Origin: an uncultured SAR86 cluster bacterium
GTDB lineage: Bacteria; Pseudomonadota; Gammaproteobacteria; Magnimaribacterales; D2472
Direction of reading: 5' to 3'
Assembly (NCBI GenBank): GCA_902599315.1
Contig: CACKEY010000001.1
Coordinates: 4,625-68,624, forward strand
Length of the DNA stretch: 64,000 nucleotides
Shown here: piece after piece, positions 1-10,215 of the stretch
How the letters are laid out: the number at the start of each line of letters is the position of its first letter
How positions within the stretch are numbered: position 1 is the first letter of the stretch
Program-made: the position numbers and the translations under genes
Notes under the pieces: model-generated
What the model was told of the DNA's origin: nothing
Databases searched by the model: none
What the model saw: the letters and a program-made list of their open reading frames with translations, nothing else

Positions 1-1533
1 GAAAACTTGTTTTGCGGGTCCAGACTCAACAATATATCCATTTTGCATGACAAATATGTAATCAGACATTGATTGAACAACCTTCAAATCATGGCTAATA
101 AACAAGTAAGTCAACTCAAACTCTGTTTGAATTTTCTTTAATAACTCAATTATCTGTATTTGAATTGATCTATCTAGTGCAGAAGTAGGCTCATCTAAAA
201 TCATAAATGATGGATTCAATATTAAAGATCTAGCAATTGCAATTCTTTGTCTTTGTCCACCTGAAAATTCATGAGGATATCTAAATCTATCGTCTGGATT
301 AATCTCAACTGATTTCAAATATTCAGCAACACGTTCATCTTTTTGATTTTTTTTAAGATCAAAGTGGACATCAAGGCCCTCGCCAACTATCTCTCCTATT
401 GTCATTCTTGGTGAAAGAGATCCATACGGATCTTGAAATACAATTTGAATATCTTTTTTGATTAATTTTGATTCTTTTGAATTTAATTGATCAATATTAC
501 GATTATCAAAAAGAACTGATCCTTTGAAATCAATCAGTCCTGCCAAAGCTTTACCAAGAGTTGATTTGCCAGATCCAGACTCACCAACTAATCCAATTGT
601 TGATTGTCTTGGTATTGAAAAATTCACATCTTTTACAGCATGAAAGAATTCTTTCTTAAAAAAATTTCTGTTTGGTAACGGATAAAAAATATTCAGATCC
701 TTAACATCCATAAATGAGTTTTTTTCAGATAATGTCTCTTTTTTTGCCTCCGGTTCTGAATCAATAAGCTTTTTTGTATAGGCATGTTGCGGATTTGAAA
801 AAACAGTCTTTGTATCTCCCTGCTCCACAATCTCTCCATCTTGCATTACTGTAATAGTGTCAGAAAATTTTTGAATTAACCCTAAATCATGAGTGATGAA
901 TAATATTGACATTCCTATTTCATTTTTTAACTTGATCATTAAATCTAATATTTGAGCCTGGATTGTTACATCAAGTGCAGTTGTTGGCTCATCAGCAATT
1001 AGTAATTTAGGTTTATTTGCAAGGGCCATAGCAATCATAATTCTCTGCCGCTGGCCACCAGAAAGCTCATGTGGGTATGAGTCAAACCTTCTATTAACGT
1101 CTGGGATTTCAACCAAACCCATTAAATTTTTTGCCTCTAAAATAGCATCATATTTGGGTTGTTTTTTATGCAATAAAATAGATTCTACAATTTGATTTCC
1201 AACTTTATGATATGGGTTAAGTGAAGTCATTGGTTCTTGAAAAATCATTGAAATCTTATTACCTCTAATCTTTCTTAAGGATTTCTTATTAGCGCTTAGT
1301 ATTTCCTCACCATCAAATTCAATTGAAGATTTCTCTCCATATGATGCCTTAGGCTCTTGAAGCAAGCGCATAATCGACATTGCTGTAACTGATTTCCCAG
1401 ACCCAGATTCTCCAACTAAACCCACAATCTGATTTTTTTCAATCAGCAAATTAAAGTTCTTAACTGCAGAAAATTTACTTTTTCTAACTTGAAAATTTAC
1501 GTATAAATTTGAAATTTTAAGCAAGGGAATCAT
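1..1533 (-). CDS. ABC transporter ATP-binding protein with two fused ATPase cassettes (DppD/DppF-type, YejF-like); C-terminus runs off the window start
   Basis: Absent from the ORF track because there is no stop in the window. Hand translation from ATG (rev-comp 1531-1533) gives MIPLLKISNLYVNF... There are two Walker A GESGSGKS motifs (about 1390-1413 and 562-585) and two ABC signatures, LSGGQRQR (about 1042-1065) and FSGGQRQR (about 244-267). The frame stays open to base 1 (..ESGPAKQVF). Confidence 0.85.
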   Translation of the reverse strand, partial: MIPLLKISNLYVNFQVRKSKFSAVKNFNLLIEKNQIVGLVGESGSGKSVTAMSIMRLLQEPKASYGEKSSIEFDGEEILSANKKSLRKIRGNKISMIFQEPMTSLNPYHKVGNQIVESILLHKKQPKYDAILEAKNLMGLVEIPDVNRRFDSYPHELSGGQRQRIMIAMALANKPKLLIADEPTTALDVTIQAQILDLMIKLKNEIGMSILFITHDLGLIQKFSDTITVMQDGEIVEQGDTKTVFSNPQHAYTKKLIDSEPEAKKETLSEKNSFMDVKDLNIFYPLPNRNFFKKEFFHAVKDVNFSIPRQSTIGLVGESGSGKSTLGKALAGLIDFKGSVLFDNRNIDQLNSKESKLIKKDIQIVFQDPYGSLSPRMTIGEIVGEGLDVHFDLKKNQKDERVAEYLKSVEINPDDRFRYPHEFSGGQRQRIAIARSLILNPSFMILDEPTSALDRSIQIQIIELLKKIQTEFELTYLFISHDLKVVQSMSDYIFVMQNGYIVESGPAKQVF

Positions 1534-2556
1534 TTAAATAAAATTTTTGTAGGATTTTATAATATCTAGCGCAGCAATTTTTGCTGAGTTCAAAGCCGTT
1601 AGATTAACAAAACCATGAATAAGATGAGGATAATGAATTTGCTCCACATAATTTCCTGAGTTATTAATCTGCCTTGCATAAGCTTCGCCTTCATCACACA
1701 GAGGATCAAATCCTACCGTTATAATCAATGTCTTTGGCAGTGCAGCATCTGGATCAATAGTTAAGTTAAAAGTTGGATCAGCATGATTATTATCTGATGC
1801 CATAAGCTGCTTCCAAAACCAAATCATAAAATTCTGACCTAAAAAAAAGCCTTTGCTAAATTCGACTTGTGATTTTGAATTACACAAGGGATCTGTCATT
1901 GGATATATTAAACATTGAGAATGAGGAAGCTCAAAATTATTAAGAGATCTATATGTCGATAAAGAAGCTGCTAAGTGACCTCCAGCACTATCTCCGCATA
2001 AACTAATTTCAGAAATAGGTATGTTATTTTCTTTAGAGATCCATTCAATAGCAGAATTAGCATCCTCTAGGGCTAATGGAAATTTATTTTCCGGTGCCAA
2101 TCTGTATTCTAGGGAAAAAACCCTAGCCTTCAAGTGAGATGAAAGGAATTTAACCCATGCATCATGAGTATTAACACTTGAAACAACATATCCTCCTCCA
2201 TGAAAATATAAAATTATTGTATTAGATTGTAATTTTTCGGGAAGATACTCCCTGATCATCAGTCTACCCCAATCTTTCTCAATGCAATGATCAATGGTTT
2301 TAATATGCTCCCTAGGTTTTGCATTCAATGGTAAATCAGATCTACCATTTTCAACCTTTTCTCTTAAGTCTTGAACTGAATCATGAGAATCCGGATCCTC
2401 AAATGAATTATTTTGCAATGAAAGGAGGCCAAGAAATATTTGTGTTTGATAATCTAGTATTTGATTATTAACTATAATTTTTTTCTGCAACGTAAGACAT
2501 TTTAAAATCCACGTTGGAAGAGCAAAAAAAATCTTTAAAAATATTTTTATAATCAC
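1534..2556 (-). CDS. Alpha/beta-hydrolase esterase/lipase, family IV (hormone-sensitive-lipase type)
   Basis: 340-aa ORF with the HGGG oxyanion motif (LYFHGGGYV) and the GDSAGG nucleophile elbow. Its stop codon directly abuts the ATG of the downstream ABC ATPase (1534/1533). Confidence 0.8.
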   Translation of the reverse strand: MIIKIFLKIFFALPTWILKCLTLQKKIIVNNQILDYQTQIFLGLLSLQNNSFEDPDSHDSVQDLREKVENGRSDLPLNAKPREHIKTIDHCIEKDWGRLMIREYLPEKLQSNTIILYFHGGGYVVSSVNTHDAWVKFLSSHLKARVFSLEYRLAPENKFPLALEDANSAIEWISKENNIPISEISLCGDSAGGHLAASLSTYRSLNNFELPHSQCLIYPMTDPLCNSKSQVEFSKGFFLGQNFMIWFWKQLMASDNNHADPTFNLTIDPDAALPKTLIITVGFDPLCDEGEAYARQINNSGNYVEQIHYPHLIHGFVNLTALNSAKIAALDIIKSYKNFI

Positions 2557-2578
2557 TTTATCTTTTTATAATGCATTC

Positions 2579-2992
2579 ATGAAATCAAAAAAATTATTAT
2601 ACTCGTTTGTTTTTCTATCCGGATTAATATTTGGCAATCTACAATTTGAAGAAACAAATATACTTAGTGTTAACGAAGCATTTATATTCAGCACAGAAAT
2701 TAAAGAAAACAAAATTGTTGCTTCATGGGAAATTAAGCCAGGTTATTACCTTTATAAAAAATCAATTTTAATTCAAGATGGTAATAAATTGCTTAAGCAT
2801 AGATTCATTACAAAAAATGAATTAAGGGTATTCGATGAATTTTTTGGAGAAACTTATATTTTTAAAGACTTTTTAAAGGTCGATGCTGAACTTTTAAATG
2901 ATGATAAAAGTTTGTTTAACAACATAAAGGTAGGTTATCAGGGTTGTGCTGAAGGTAAATATTGCTATCCAAAAATACTAAAAAGTCTATAA
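2579..2992 (+). CDS. Stand-alone periplasmic DsbD N-terminal (alpha) domain protein
   Basis: 137 aa with a signal peptide. It is collinear with E. coli nDsbD (from memory): WEIKPGYYLYKKSI vs WQIKDGYYLYRKQI, FDEFFGETYIF vs EDEFYGKSEIY, YQGCAEGKYCYP vs YQGCADAGFCYP (the redox Cys pair). It occupies the dsbD/dipZ position upstream of aroQ-accBC and ends at the domain boundary. Confidence 0.75.
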   Translation: MKSKKLLYSFVFLSGLIFGNLQFEETNILSVNEAFIFSTEIKENKIVASWEIKPGYYLYKKSILIQDGNKLLKHRFITKNELRVFDEFFGETYIFKDFLKVDAELLNDDKSLFNNIKVGYQGCAEGKYCYPKILKSL

Positions 2993-3034
2993 ATTCGTTT
3001 AATTTCATAAAAAAACACTATAAAATCTTTTAAA

Positions 3035-3475
3035 ATGAAAATATTAGTCATACATGGTCCAAATTTAAATCTACTTGGAATAAGAGAACCTGATGTGTAT
3101 GGTTCAACTACAATGGAAGAGATTAATCAAGGTTTGCTCGATAAAGCAAATTCTAATGATATTGAGATTGAAGCTTTTCAGAGCAACGCAGAGCATGAAA
3201 TTGTTACTAAGCTTCAAGAGTCAATCAATCAAATAGACTATATTATTATCAATCCAGGGGCTTTAACTCATACTAGTATTGCAATTCGGGATTGTTTGCT
3301 TGGTATTGGAGTTCCATTTTACGAAGTCCATATATCTAATATTTTTTCAAGAGAAGAGTTTAGACATAAATCTTTTTTTTCAGATATTGCGAGTGGCGTT
3401 ATTTGTGGGCTTGGAACACAAGGGTATGAACTTGCATTGAGTCACATTATCAAGAGTAATCAGGATAAAAAATAA
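3035..3475 (+). CDS. aroQ: 3-dehydroquinate dehydratase, type II
   Basis: 146 aa with [23 protein letters not shown] and EVHISN blocks. It has the classic aroQ-accB-accC linkage. Confidence 0.95.
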   Translation: MKILVIHGPNLNLLGIREPDVYGSTTMEEINQGLLDKANSNDIEIEAFQSNAEHEIVTKLQESINQIDYIIINPGALTHTSIAIRDCLLGIGVPFYEVHISNIFSREEFRHKSFFSDIASGVICGLGTQGYELALSHIIKSNQDKK

Positions 3476-3906
3476 TGGATATTCGAAAGATTAAGAAATT
3501 AATTGAAATGCTTCAGGAATCTGATCTTAGTGAAATTGAAATTCAAGAAGGCGAAGAGTCCGTTAGAATTTCTAGAGGAAGCATGAAATCAATAGAAGTT
3601 CAATCTGTTCCTATCGAATCCGATAAAGCAGAAGTTTTATCTGGAAATAATGATACTGCTAAAATTGATTCAGGCTCGTCTATAAAATCACCAATAGTAG
3701 GAACTTTTTACAGAAAACCTGCGCCAGACAAACCTCCTTTTATTGATATTGGGAGTCATGTGAATGCAGGAGATGTTGTTTGTATAGTGGAAGCAATGAA
3801 AATGATGAATGAAATAAAATCAGAATTTACTGGTCAAGTCACCGCCATTAATGTTGAAGACGGCTCGCCTGTTGAATTTGATCAATCTCTGATAGTCATA
3901 GATTAA
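3475..3906 (+). CDS. accB: Acetyl-CoA carboxylase biotin carboxyl carrier protein
   Basis: 143 aa. The C-terminal biotinyl domain carries EAMKMMNEI. The ATG overlaps the aroQ stop. Confidence 0.95.
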   Translation: MDIRKIKKLIEMLQESDLSEIEIQEGEESVRISRGSMKSIEVQSVPIESDKAEVLSGNNDTAKIDSGSSIKSPIVGTFYRKPAPDKPPFIDIGSHVNAGDVVCIVEAMKMMNEIKSEFTGQVTAINVEDGSPVEFDQSLIVID

Positions 3907-5249
3907 TGTCAAAAAAAATTTTAATTGCCAATCGAGGAGAAATTGCTCTGCGAGCTCTAAGGGCTTGCAAAGAACTAGATCTTCAAACTGTTGCAATTCA
4001 CTCCTCAGGTGACAAAGAACTTAAGCACTTAAGATTAGCAGATGAAACTGTTTGCGTAGGACCCGAAAATCCACTTGAAAGCTACTTAAATATTCCAGCA
4101 ATTCTTTCAGCTGCTGAGTTATCAGGAGCAAATGCAATCTATCCAGGATATGGCTTTCTTGCTGAAGATCCTGATTTTTCAGAGAGATGCGAGGCCAGTG
4201 GTTTTATTTTTATAGGGCCTTCTTCCAATGTTATCCGAAAAATGGGAGATAAAATTACAGCAAAGGATCTTGCAGAAGATTCAGATATTCCAACGGTACC
4301 GGGCTACAAGGGTGAAATGCCTGATAATGAAGAGGATATAAAAAAAATAGCCAAGAATGTTGGTTATCCTCTCATGATCAAAGCATCAGCAGGAGGAGGT
4401 GGAAGAGGAATGAGAGTTGTGCATGATGAGTCAACTCTTATTTCCTCTTTACAGCTTACAAGACAAGAAGCAAAAAATGCTTTTGGAAATGATACCGTGT
4501 ATTTTGAAAAATTTATCAAAAATCCAAGGCATATAGAAGTTCAAATCATTGCTGACGGAAAAGGAAATGCTATACATCTTGGAACAAGGGATTGCAGCAT
4601 GCAAAGAAGGCATCAAAAGATTATAGAAGAGGCTCCGGCTCTTGATGTTGATGAAGACTCTCTAAATGAAACTTTAGAAGCATGTTTAAGGTTGTGTAAA
4701 AATATTGACTACACAGGCGTAGGAACTCTGGAATTTCTCTATGAAAATGAAAGATTCTATTTCATTGAGATGAATACAAGAATACAGGTTGAGCATCCTG
4801 TATCAGAAATGATTACTGGATTTGATATTGTAAAGGCGCAATTAAAGATTGCGCTTGGTATGCCGATAACTCTTGATCAAAAAGAAATCATTGTTCGGGG
4901 TCATGCAATTGAATGCAGGATTAATGCTGAGGATCCTGAAACTTTTGTACCTTCACCTGGAGTTATTAATAAAATGCATCCGCCTGGTGGATTTGGAGTG
5001 AGATTTGATTCTCACATTTATTCAGGATATGTGGTGCCCCCATACTATGACTCTCTACTTGCAAAAATAATTACAACTGCAAATACCAGAAAATCATGCA
5101 TTAAAAGAATGTTAAGTGCCTTAGACGAATTCTTTGTAGAGGGCATAAGCACTAATCATTCTTTGCATCAAAAGCTCTTAAAAGATGAGATATTCTGTCA
5201 GAATAAACACAACATTAATTATCTTGAAGAATCCTTTATAAAGAAATGA
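3906..5249 (+). CDS. accC: Acetyl-CoA carboxylase biotin carboxylase subunit
   Basis: 447 aa ATP-grasp enzyme with KILIANRGEIA, GGGGRGMR and MNTRIQVEHPVSE. Confidence 0.97.
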   Translation: MSKKILIANRGEIALRALRACKELDLQTVAIHSSGDKELKHLRLADETVCVGPENPLESYLNIPAILSAAELSGANAIYPGYGFLAEDPDFSERCEASGFIFIGPSSNVIRKMGDKITAKDLAEDSDIPTVPGYKGEMPDNEEDIKKIAKNVGYPLMIKASAGGGGRGMRVVHDESTLISSLQLTRQEAKNAFGNDTVYFEKFIKNPRHIEVQIIADGKGNAIHLGTRDCSMQRRHQKIIEEAPALDVDEDSLNETLEACLRLCKNIDYTGVGTLEFLYENERFYFIEMNTRIQVEHPVSEMITGFDIVKAQLKIALGMPITLDQKEIIVRGHAIECRINAEDPETFVPSPGVINKMHPPGGFGVRFDSHIYSGYVVPPYYDSLLAKIITTANTRKSCIKRMLSALDEFFVEGISTNHSLHQKLLKDEIFCQNKHNINYLEESFIKK

Positions 5250-7651
5250 GTTTAGAAGAATATAATCCCCAAAAATTAGAAAATCTCATTCAGGAATCAT
5301 GGAAACAGATGGACTCTTATAAAGCTGACTTATCTAAAACTAAAGAAAAATTTTACTGCCTATCTATGTTTCCTTATCCGTCTGGAAAATTGCATATGGG
5401 GCATGTAAGGAATTATACAATTGGAGATGTAATCTCAAGATTTAAAAGAATGCAAGGTTTCAATGTACTGCAACCGATGGGTTGGGACGCATTTGGTCTG
5501 CCTGCAGAAAATGCAGCGATACAAAATAAAGTTGATCCAAAAAGTTGGACTGAGCAAAATATACAAAGTATGAAATCGCAATTAGAGAGATTGGGCTTTA
5601 GTTACGATTGGTCAAGAGAGGTTAAAACCTGCGATCCAAATTATTTTAAATGGGAACAGGAGATTTTTACTAAATTACAAAAAAAAGGTCTTGTATATAG
5701 AAAAAAATCTTTAGTTAACTGGGATCCAGTTGATGAAACTGTCTTAGCAAATGAGCAAGTAATTGATGGTAAAGGTTGGAGATCTGGAGCAACAGTTGAA
5801 CTTAAAGAAATTGATCAATGGTTCCTGAGGATTACTGATTATGCTGATGAATTGTTGTCCTCAATTGAAAACTTAGACTGGCCAGAGAATGTAAAGTCAA
5901 TGCAAAAGAATTGGATTGGCAAGTCATTTGGATCAGAAATAAAATTTGCTTTGCTTAATAGTGATGAGTTAACAGCTTTTACAACAAGAATTGACACTAT
6001 CTATGGCGTAACATTTATAGCTATTTCGCCCAATCATCCAATTGCTCAAAATCTTGCAAAAGATAATGCACAGATAAACGAATTTATAAAAGAATGTAAT
6101 GCAATAAAAATGGCTGAAGCAGATTTGGCTAAAGCAGATAAGCTGGGACTTAAAACAAATTTAAAAGTACGACATCCTTTTTCCGATAATAATCTTGATG
6201 TTTGGATTGCAAATTATGTCCTCATGGATTATGGAACAGGTGTGGTTATGGGTGTACCAGCTCATGATGAAAGAGACTATGAATTTGCTAAAAAATATAA
6301 CATTGAAATTAAGCAGGTTATCGAAAGTGATGAATTGCCATCGCCTAAAAAAGGCAAGCTTATTGACTCAGATAATTTTACTGGACAAGAATCGGATGAA
6401 GCGATTAAAAATATTAATGATTACTTAGAAAAGAATGCTATTGGAAAAAGCATTGAAAATTTTAGACTAAGAGACTGGGGTGTAAGCAGGCAAAGGTTCT
6501 GGGGATGTCCCATACCTGTAGTCTTCGATAATGGTGAACCTATTTTTTTAGAAAAAAAGGATCTTCCAGTGGAATTACCAAAAATTAAAGATGGAGAATC
6601 CCCTAAACCGTTAAGCCAAAATAAAGATTTTTTTGATTTGGGGTCTGGAAAGACTCGTGAAGTTGATACATTTGATACATTTGTAGACTCATCATGGTAC
6701 TACGCAAGATTTACTGCTGCAGATAATGATGAAAAAGCTCTAGACGATGATTCAAAATATTGGCTACCTGTTGACCTTTACATAGGTGGAATTGAACACG
6801 CAATTTTACATCTTTTGTATTCAAGATTTTTCCATAAAGCAATGAGAGATATTGGTCTTGTGGAGGGTGATGAACCTTTTAAAAAACTTCTTACACAGGG
6901 CATGGTATTAAAGGATGGATTGAAAATGTCTAAGTCAAAAGGAAATACCGTAGATCCTCAAAAGTTCATTGATAAATATGGAGCTGATACCATTAGACTT
7001 TATATGATGTTTACATCTCCGCCCGAACAGTCTTTAGAGTGGTCAGATACTGCAATTGAAGGCTCATATAGATTTCTAAAACGAATTTGGACTTTAATAT
7101 CAGATAGAAAAATATTTTTAGAAGAACCACCAAAAGATTTTTCAAAACTTGAGCTTAAACTTCGTCAAAAAAGTCATCAAACTTTAAAAAAAGTAACTAA
7201 TGATTATGGAGAACGAAACTCTTTTAATACAGCAATAGCGTCAATTATGGAGTTATTGAATGCAATACCTGATTCGTTTAAATTAGACGACGCAACCTCA
7301 GCAGAGGTGTTTTGTCTGGACGAAGTTATCCAATTTACGCTCAAAATGCTGTCACCAATTACTCCCCATATAAGTCTTTATTTATGGAAAAAATATACGG
7401 ACTCTGACGGACATAATTTTGAGTATTCCTGGCCAAAATATAATGAAGATTTTCTAAAAGTCGAAGATTTTCAATTAATAATACAAGTGAATGGCAAGGT
7501 TAGAGGCAAAGAAATCATCTCAGTAGATGCTGATCAAACTGCAATAGAAAAGCTATCAAAAGAAAATGAAAATGTTAAGAAAGTTCTAGCAAACCAACCT
7601 ATAAAAAAGGTAATCTATGTTAAAGAGAAGCTAATTAACTTTGTAATATAA
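5246..7651 (+). CDS. leuS: Leucine--tRNA ligase
   Basis: 801 aa with the HIGH motif (HMGHVRNY), KMSKS, and the class Ia editing domain. Confidence 0.97.
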   Translation: MSLEEYNPQKLENLIQESWKQMDSYKADLSKTKEKFYCLSMFPYPSGKLHMGHVRNYTIGDVISRFKRMQGFNVLQPMGWDAFGLPAENAAIQNKVDPKSWTEQNIQSMKSQLERLGFSYDWSREVKTCDPNYFKWEQEIFTKLQKKGLVYRKKSLVNWDPVDETVLANEQVIDGKGWRSGATVELKEIDQWFLRITDYADELLSSIENLDWPENVKSMQKNWIGKSFGSEIKFALLNSDELTAFTTRIDTIYGVTFIAISPNHPIAQNLAKDNAQINEFIKECNAIKMAEADLAKADKLGLKTNLKVRHPFSDNNLDVWIANYVLMDYGTGVVMGVPAHDERDYEFAKKYNIEIKQVIESDELPSPKKGKLIDSDNFTGQESDEAIKNINDYLEKNAIGKSIENFRLRDWGVSRQRFWGCPIPVVFDNGEPIFLEKKDLPVELPKIKDGESPKPLSQNKDFFDLGSGKTREVDTFDTFVDSSWYYARFTAADNDEKALDDDSKYWLPVDLYIGGIEHAILHLLYSRFFHKAMRDIGLVEGDEPFKKLLTQGMVLKDGLKMSKSKGNTVDPQKFIDKYGADTIRLYMMFTSPPEQSLEWSDTAIEGSYRFLKRIWTLISDRKIFLEEPPKDFSKLELKLRQKSHQTLKKVTNDYGERNSFNTAIASIMELLNAIPDSFKLDDATSAEVFCLDEVIQFTLKMLSPITPHISLYLWKKYTDSDGHNFEYSWPKYNEDFLKVEDFQLIIQVNGKVRGKEIISVDADQTAIEKLSKENENVKKVLANQPIKKVIYVKEKLINFVI

Positions 7652-8776
7652 ATGAACTACATAACACCATTCGACGACTACCCTATCCATCAGGCAGTAG
7701 AGCCAATAACTATTCCTGGCTCGACTGACAGAAATTTCTATGACAGGTATTTCTTTAATGGTATGGATCCCGAAAATGATTACATCTTTGAAATAGGTAT
7801 AGCCCTTTATCCTAATAGGCATGTTATGGATGCTCACTTCAGCATCTCTTATAAAGGTAAGCAATATTCATTTCATGCAAGTCAACGCCTAGACAAGAAT
7901 AGACTGCCTATAAATATTGGTCCCATGTGTTTAACAATTGACGAGCCAATGAATGAGTTGACATTCTCATTAAAAGATCCTGACAATAAGTTAAATTGTA
8001 ATCTCAAATTTTCAGCCAACTCTGTTGCGCATCAAGAACCTAGATCCCTATTAATGGAGGGCACTAGAACAATTATGAATACAATTAGGTTTACACAGCT
8101 TGGAAAATGGACGGGTGAAATATCTACTGAGGCTGGATCACTAGAGCCTCAAGCGGTTTACGGCACAAGGGACAGATCATGGGGTGTCAGGCCAGTAGGA
8201 GAGCCTGAGGGTGGCGCTCCAGGCATGCTCAATCAAGAACCAGGAGTATACTGGTGCTGGGCTCCGATCCATTTTGACGGGTTTTGTACACAATTTGGTA
8301 CATTTCAGGACCAAAATGGAAATACAACTCAAATTTCTGGGCACAAATTACCCCTATATGACGATATGTCCTCTGCCCCCACTGATATTGAAATTGAGAC
8401 AATGCATTCCCTTCATCATTCCGTAAACTGGAAAAAAGGTACCCGTTGGGCTACTGGTGCAAAAATATCTGGCATGTTTAAGGATAATAAAAACTTTGAA
8501 ATAGAGTTAGAAACTAGGGGTCCAATATTTTTCTGTAAAGGAATCGGTTATCAGCATGATGAATGGAAGCACGGTATTTGGAAGGGTGAAAGTGAAACAG
8601 GATATGAAGTATGGGACTTATCTAAAATTGATCCAGGTGACTACACTTTTTTTCATACTCATCAAATTGCAGAAGCGACACTAGGCTCTGAAAAAGGTAT
8701 TGGAATACTTGAAAACTTAGTTGTTGGAAGACATGATCCATCTGGCTTTGAAGACTTCTTTGATGGGGCAAAATAA
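7652..8776 (+). CDS. Conserved-looking cytoplasmic protein of unknown function, inserted between leuS and lptE
   Basis: 374-aa ORF with no signal peptide or TM helix. The ATG immediately follows the leuS TAA, and the 3' end overlaps the lptE start by 14 nt. I cannot name a family with confidence; the DRSWGVRP motif is faintly reminiscent of AttH/CrtC-like beta-sandwich proteins. Confidence 0.6.
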   Translation: MNYITPFDDYPIHQAVEPITIPGSTDRNFYDRYFFNGMDPENDYIFEIGIALYPNRHVMDAHFSISYKGKQYSFHASQRLDKNRLPINIGPMCLTIDEPMNELTFSLKDPDNKLNCNLKFSANSVAHQEPRSLLMEGTRTIMNTIRFTQLGKWTGEISTEAGSLEPQAVYGTRDRSWGVRPVGEPEGGAPGMLNQEPGVYWCWAPIHFDGFCTQFGTFQDQNGNTTQISGHKLPLYDDMSSAPTDIEIETMHSLHHSVNWKKGTRWATGAKISGMFKDNKNFEIELETRGPIFFCKGIGYQHDEWKHGIWKGESETGYEVWDLSKIDPGDYTFFHTHQIAEATLGSEKGIGILENLVVGRHDPSGFEDFFDGAK

Positions 8777-9227
8777 ATTTAAAAAGTATTTCTCAATACT
8801 TATTTGTTTTTTATTGATCACAAGTTGTCAGTATCAGTGGGTTGAAAAGAAATACATAGAATTAGAAAAAGTTAGCTTTGGGTCAAGTATTAAAGACTCC
8901 TTTAAGAACAAAACAGTAAGATATTTTTCTGCTGGCGCATCTGAGGATAATATGAGTCTTAAAATCCTAAATATTAACTTTAGGAAGAAAAATTTCTACG
9001 GAGGAATTGCAGCAAGAGCAAAACAAATAGAAATTATTGGTGAACTAGAATATATTTTTTTAAGTTCAACTGAAAGCAAAAATGGTGTTCTGAAAACATC
9101 TGGTTGGATACCAGTAAATGAATCTAATCCGCAGTCAGAATTGATGGCGCAAAAAACAATAATTGAGGAATTGGAATTTTCGTTACTAGAAATGCTTGCA
9201 CAGGAATATTGGTTAATTGAAAGTTAG
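8763..9227 (+). CDS. lptE: LPS-assembly lipoprotein LptE (RlpB)
   Basis: The ORF-track start (8721) is a TTG inside the previous gene. ATG 8763 gives MGQNKFKKYFSILICFLLITSC, a signal peptide plus lipobox Cys. It is a small lipoprotein in the invariant slot between leuS and holA. Confidence 0.7.
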   Translation: MGQNKFKKYFSILICFLLITSCQYQWVEKKYIELEKVSFGSSIKDSFKNKTVRYFSAGASEDNMSLKILNINFRKKNFYGGIAARAKQIEIIGELEYIFLSSTESKNGVLKTSGWIPVNESNPQSELMAQKTIIEELEFSLLEMLAQEYWLIES

Positions 9228-10215
9228 TTTTATAAATTTTTTAGATCCTAAAGATCATAAATATTTCCTTTTAACTGGTGGCGAATTTGTTTTAAAACAA
9301 GATGCTGTTAAAAAGATAGTAGAAAACTTAAGAATCAGTGGATTCAGCGAGAAAATCTCTATCTCTCAAGATGAACTCGATTCAATTCAAGAAATAACTT
9401 CAAGAAATATGGGTGGCTCTCTATTTCAAGAGAATCTTATCATTCACATAAAGCATACTTCGGGGAAATTTCCAGAAAAGATTAAGTCGTTTATTGAAGA
9501 TGGTCATATTTTTCAATCTTCTAATATTGCATTAATTATTGAATCAAGTATTGAGAAAACTCCAGTAAGTGGAACTTGGATAAAAAGTTTTGATTCCTTT
9601 GGCCTTATTATTAATTGCAGTAAATTAAAAGTTATGGAAGAAAAAATTTGGCTAAAACGACAGTTAGACTTTTTACCAAAAGACTTACTTCCAGTATTTG
9701 GAGGTTCAATTTTCCAAAACAATGAGGCAAATCTTTTAGGTCAAAAAAATGAAGTAGAACTCCTGAAACTTTTATTTTTAAGTAAAGACTCTTTTGATGA
9801 GTCAAAAATAGACCATATTATCTTTGGATCTGGCATTAGTGCATTTGAGCTTGAAGATTTATTAATTCAAAGAAATTTTAACAAAGTTCTCAAAACAATT
9901 AGTTATATGCGAGAGCAAGATCGTCAGAGCTCTGCTCCAATTATTTGGATAATCTCAAAGGTTATAAACTCATGCTTAGAGTCATTAAAAGCAAAAGATA
10001 AAAAATCTGCGTTAATTAAAAGTGGAGTATGGTCCTCTAAAATTAATCTTTATTTGGAGTTAGTAAAGCAGGCTAAGACAAAGGATTTTTTAAAGCTAAA
10101 TGAAGAAATACTGAAAATTGATTTAATTAATAAGGGTCTTATGAAAGCAGATGCATGGGAGCAAATAGATAGTTTAGTTCTTAAGCTTCAAGATGCGACT
10201 GCATTGCAGACTTAA
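9217..10215 (+). CDS. holA: DNA polymerase III delta subunit
   Basis: 332 aa. The TTG start overlaps the lptE stop and there is no nearby in-frame ATG. The N-terminus YFLLTGGEFVL resembles HolA. Synteny after lptE supports the call. Confidence 0.75.
   Translation: MKVSFINFLDPKDHKYFLLTGGEFVLKQDAVKKIVENLRISGFSEKISISQDELDSIQEITSRNMGGSLFQENLIIHIKHTSGKFPEKIKSFIEDGHIFQSSNIALIIESSIEKTPVSGTWIKSFDSFGLIINCSKLKVMEEKIWLKRQLDFLPKDLLPVFGGSIFQNNEANLLGQKNEVELLKLLFLSKDSFDESKIDHIIFGSGISAFELEDLLIQRNFNKVLKTISYMREQDRQSSAPIIWIISKVINSCLESLKAKDKKSALIKSGVWSSKINLYLELVKQAKTKDFLKLNEEILKIDLINKGLMKADAWEQIDSLVLKLQDATALQT

Noticed and set aside
8721-8762. TTG-initiated extension of lptE
   Set aside because: It lies inside the preceding gene. 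ATG 8763 gives a canonical lipoprotein signal peptide.
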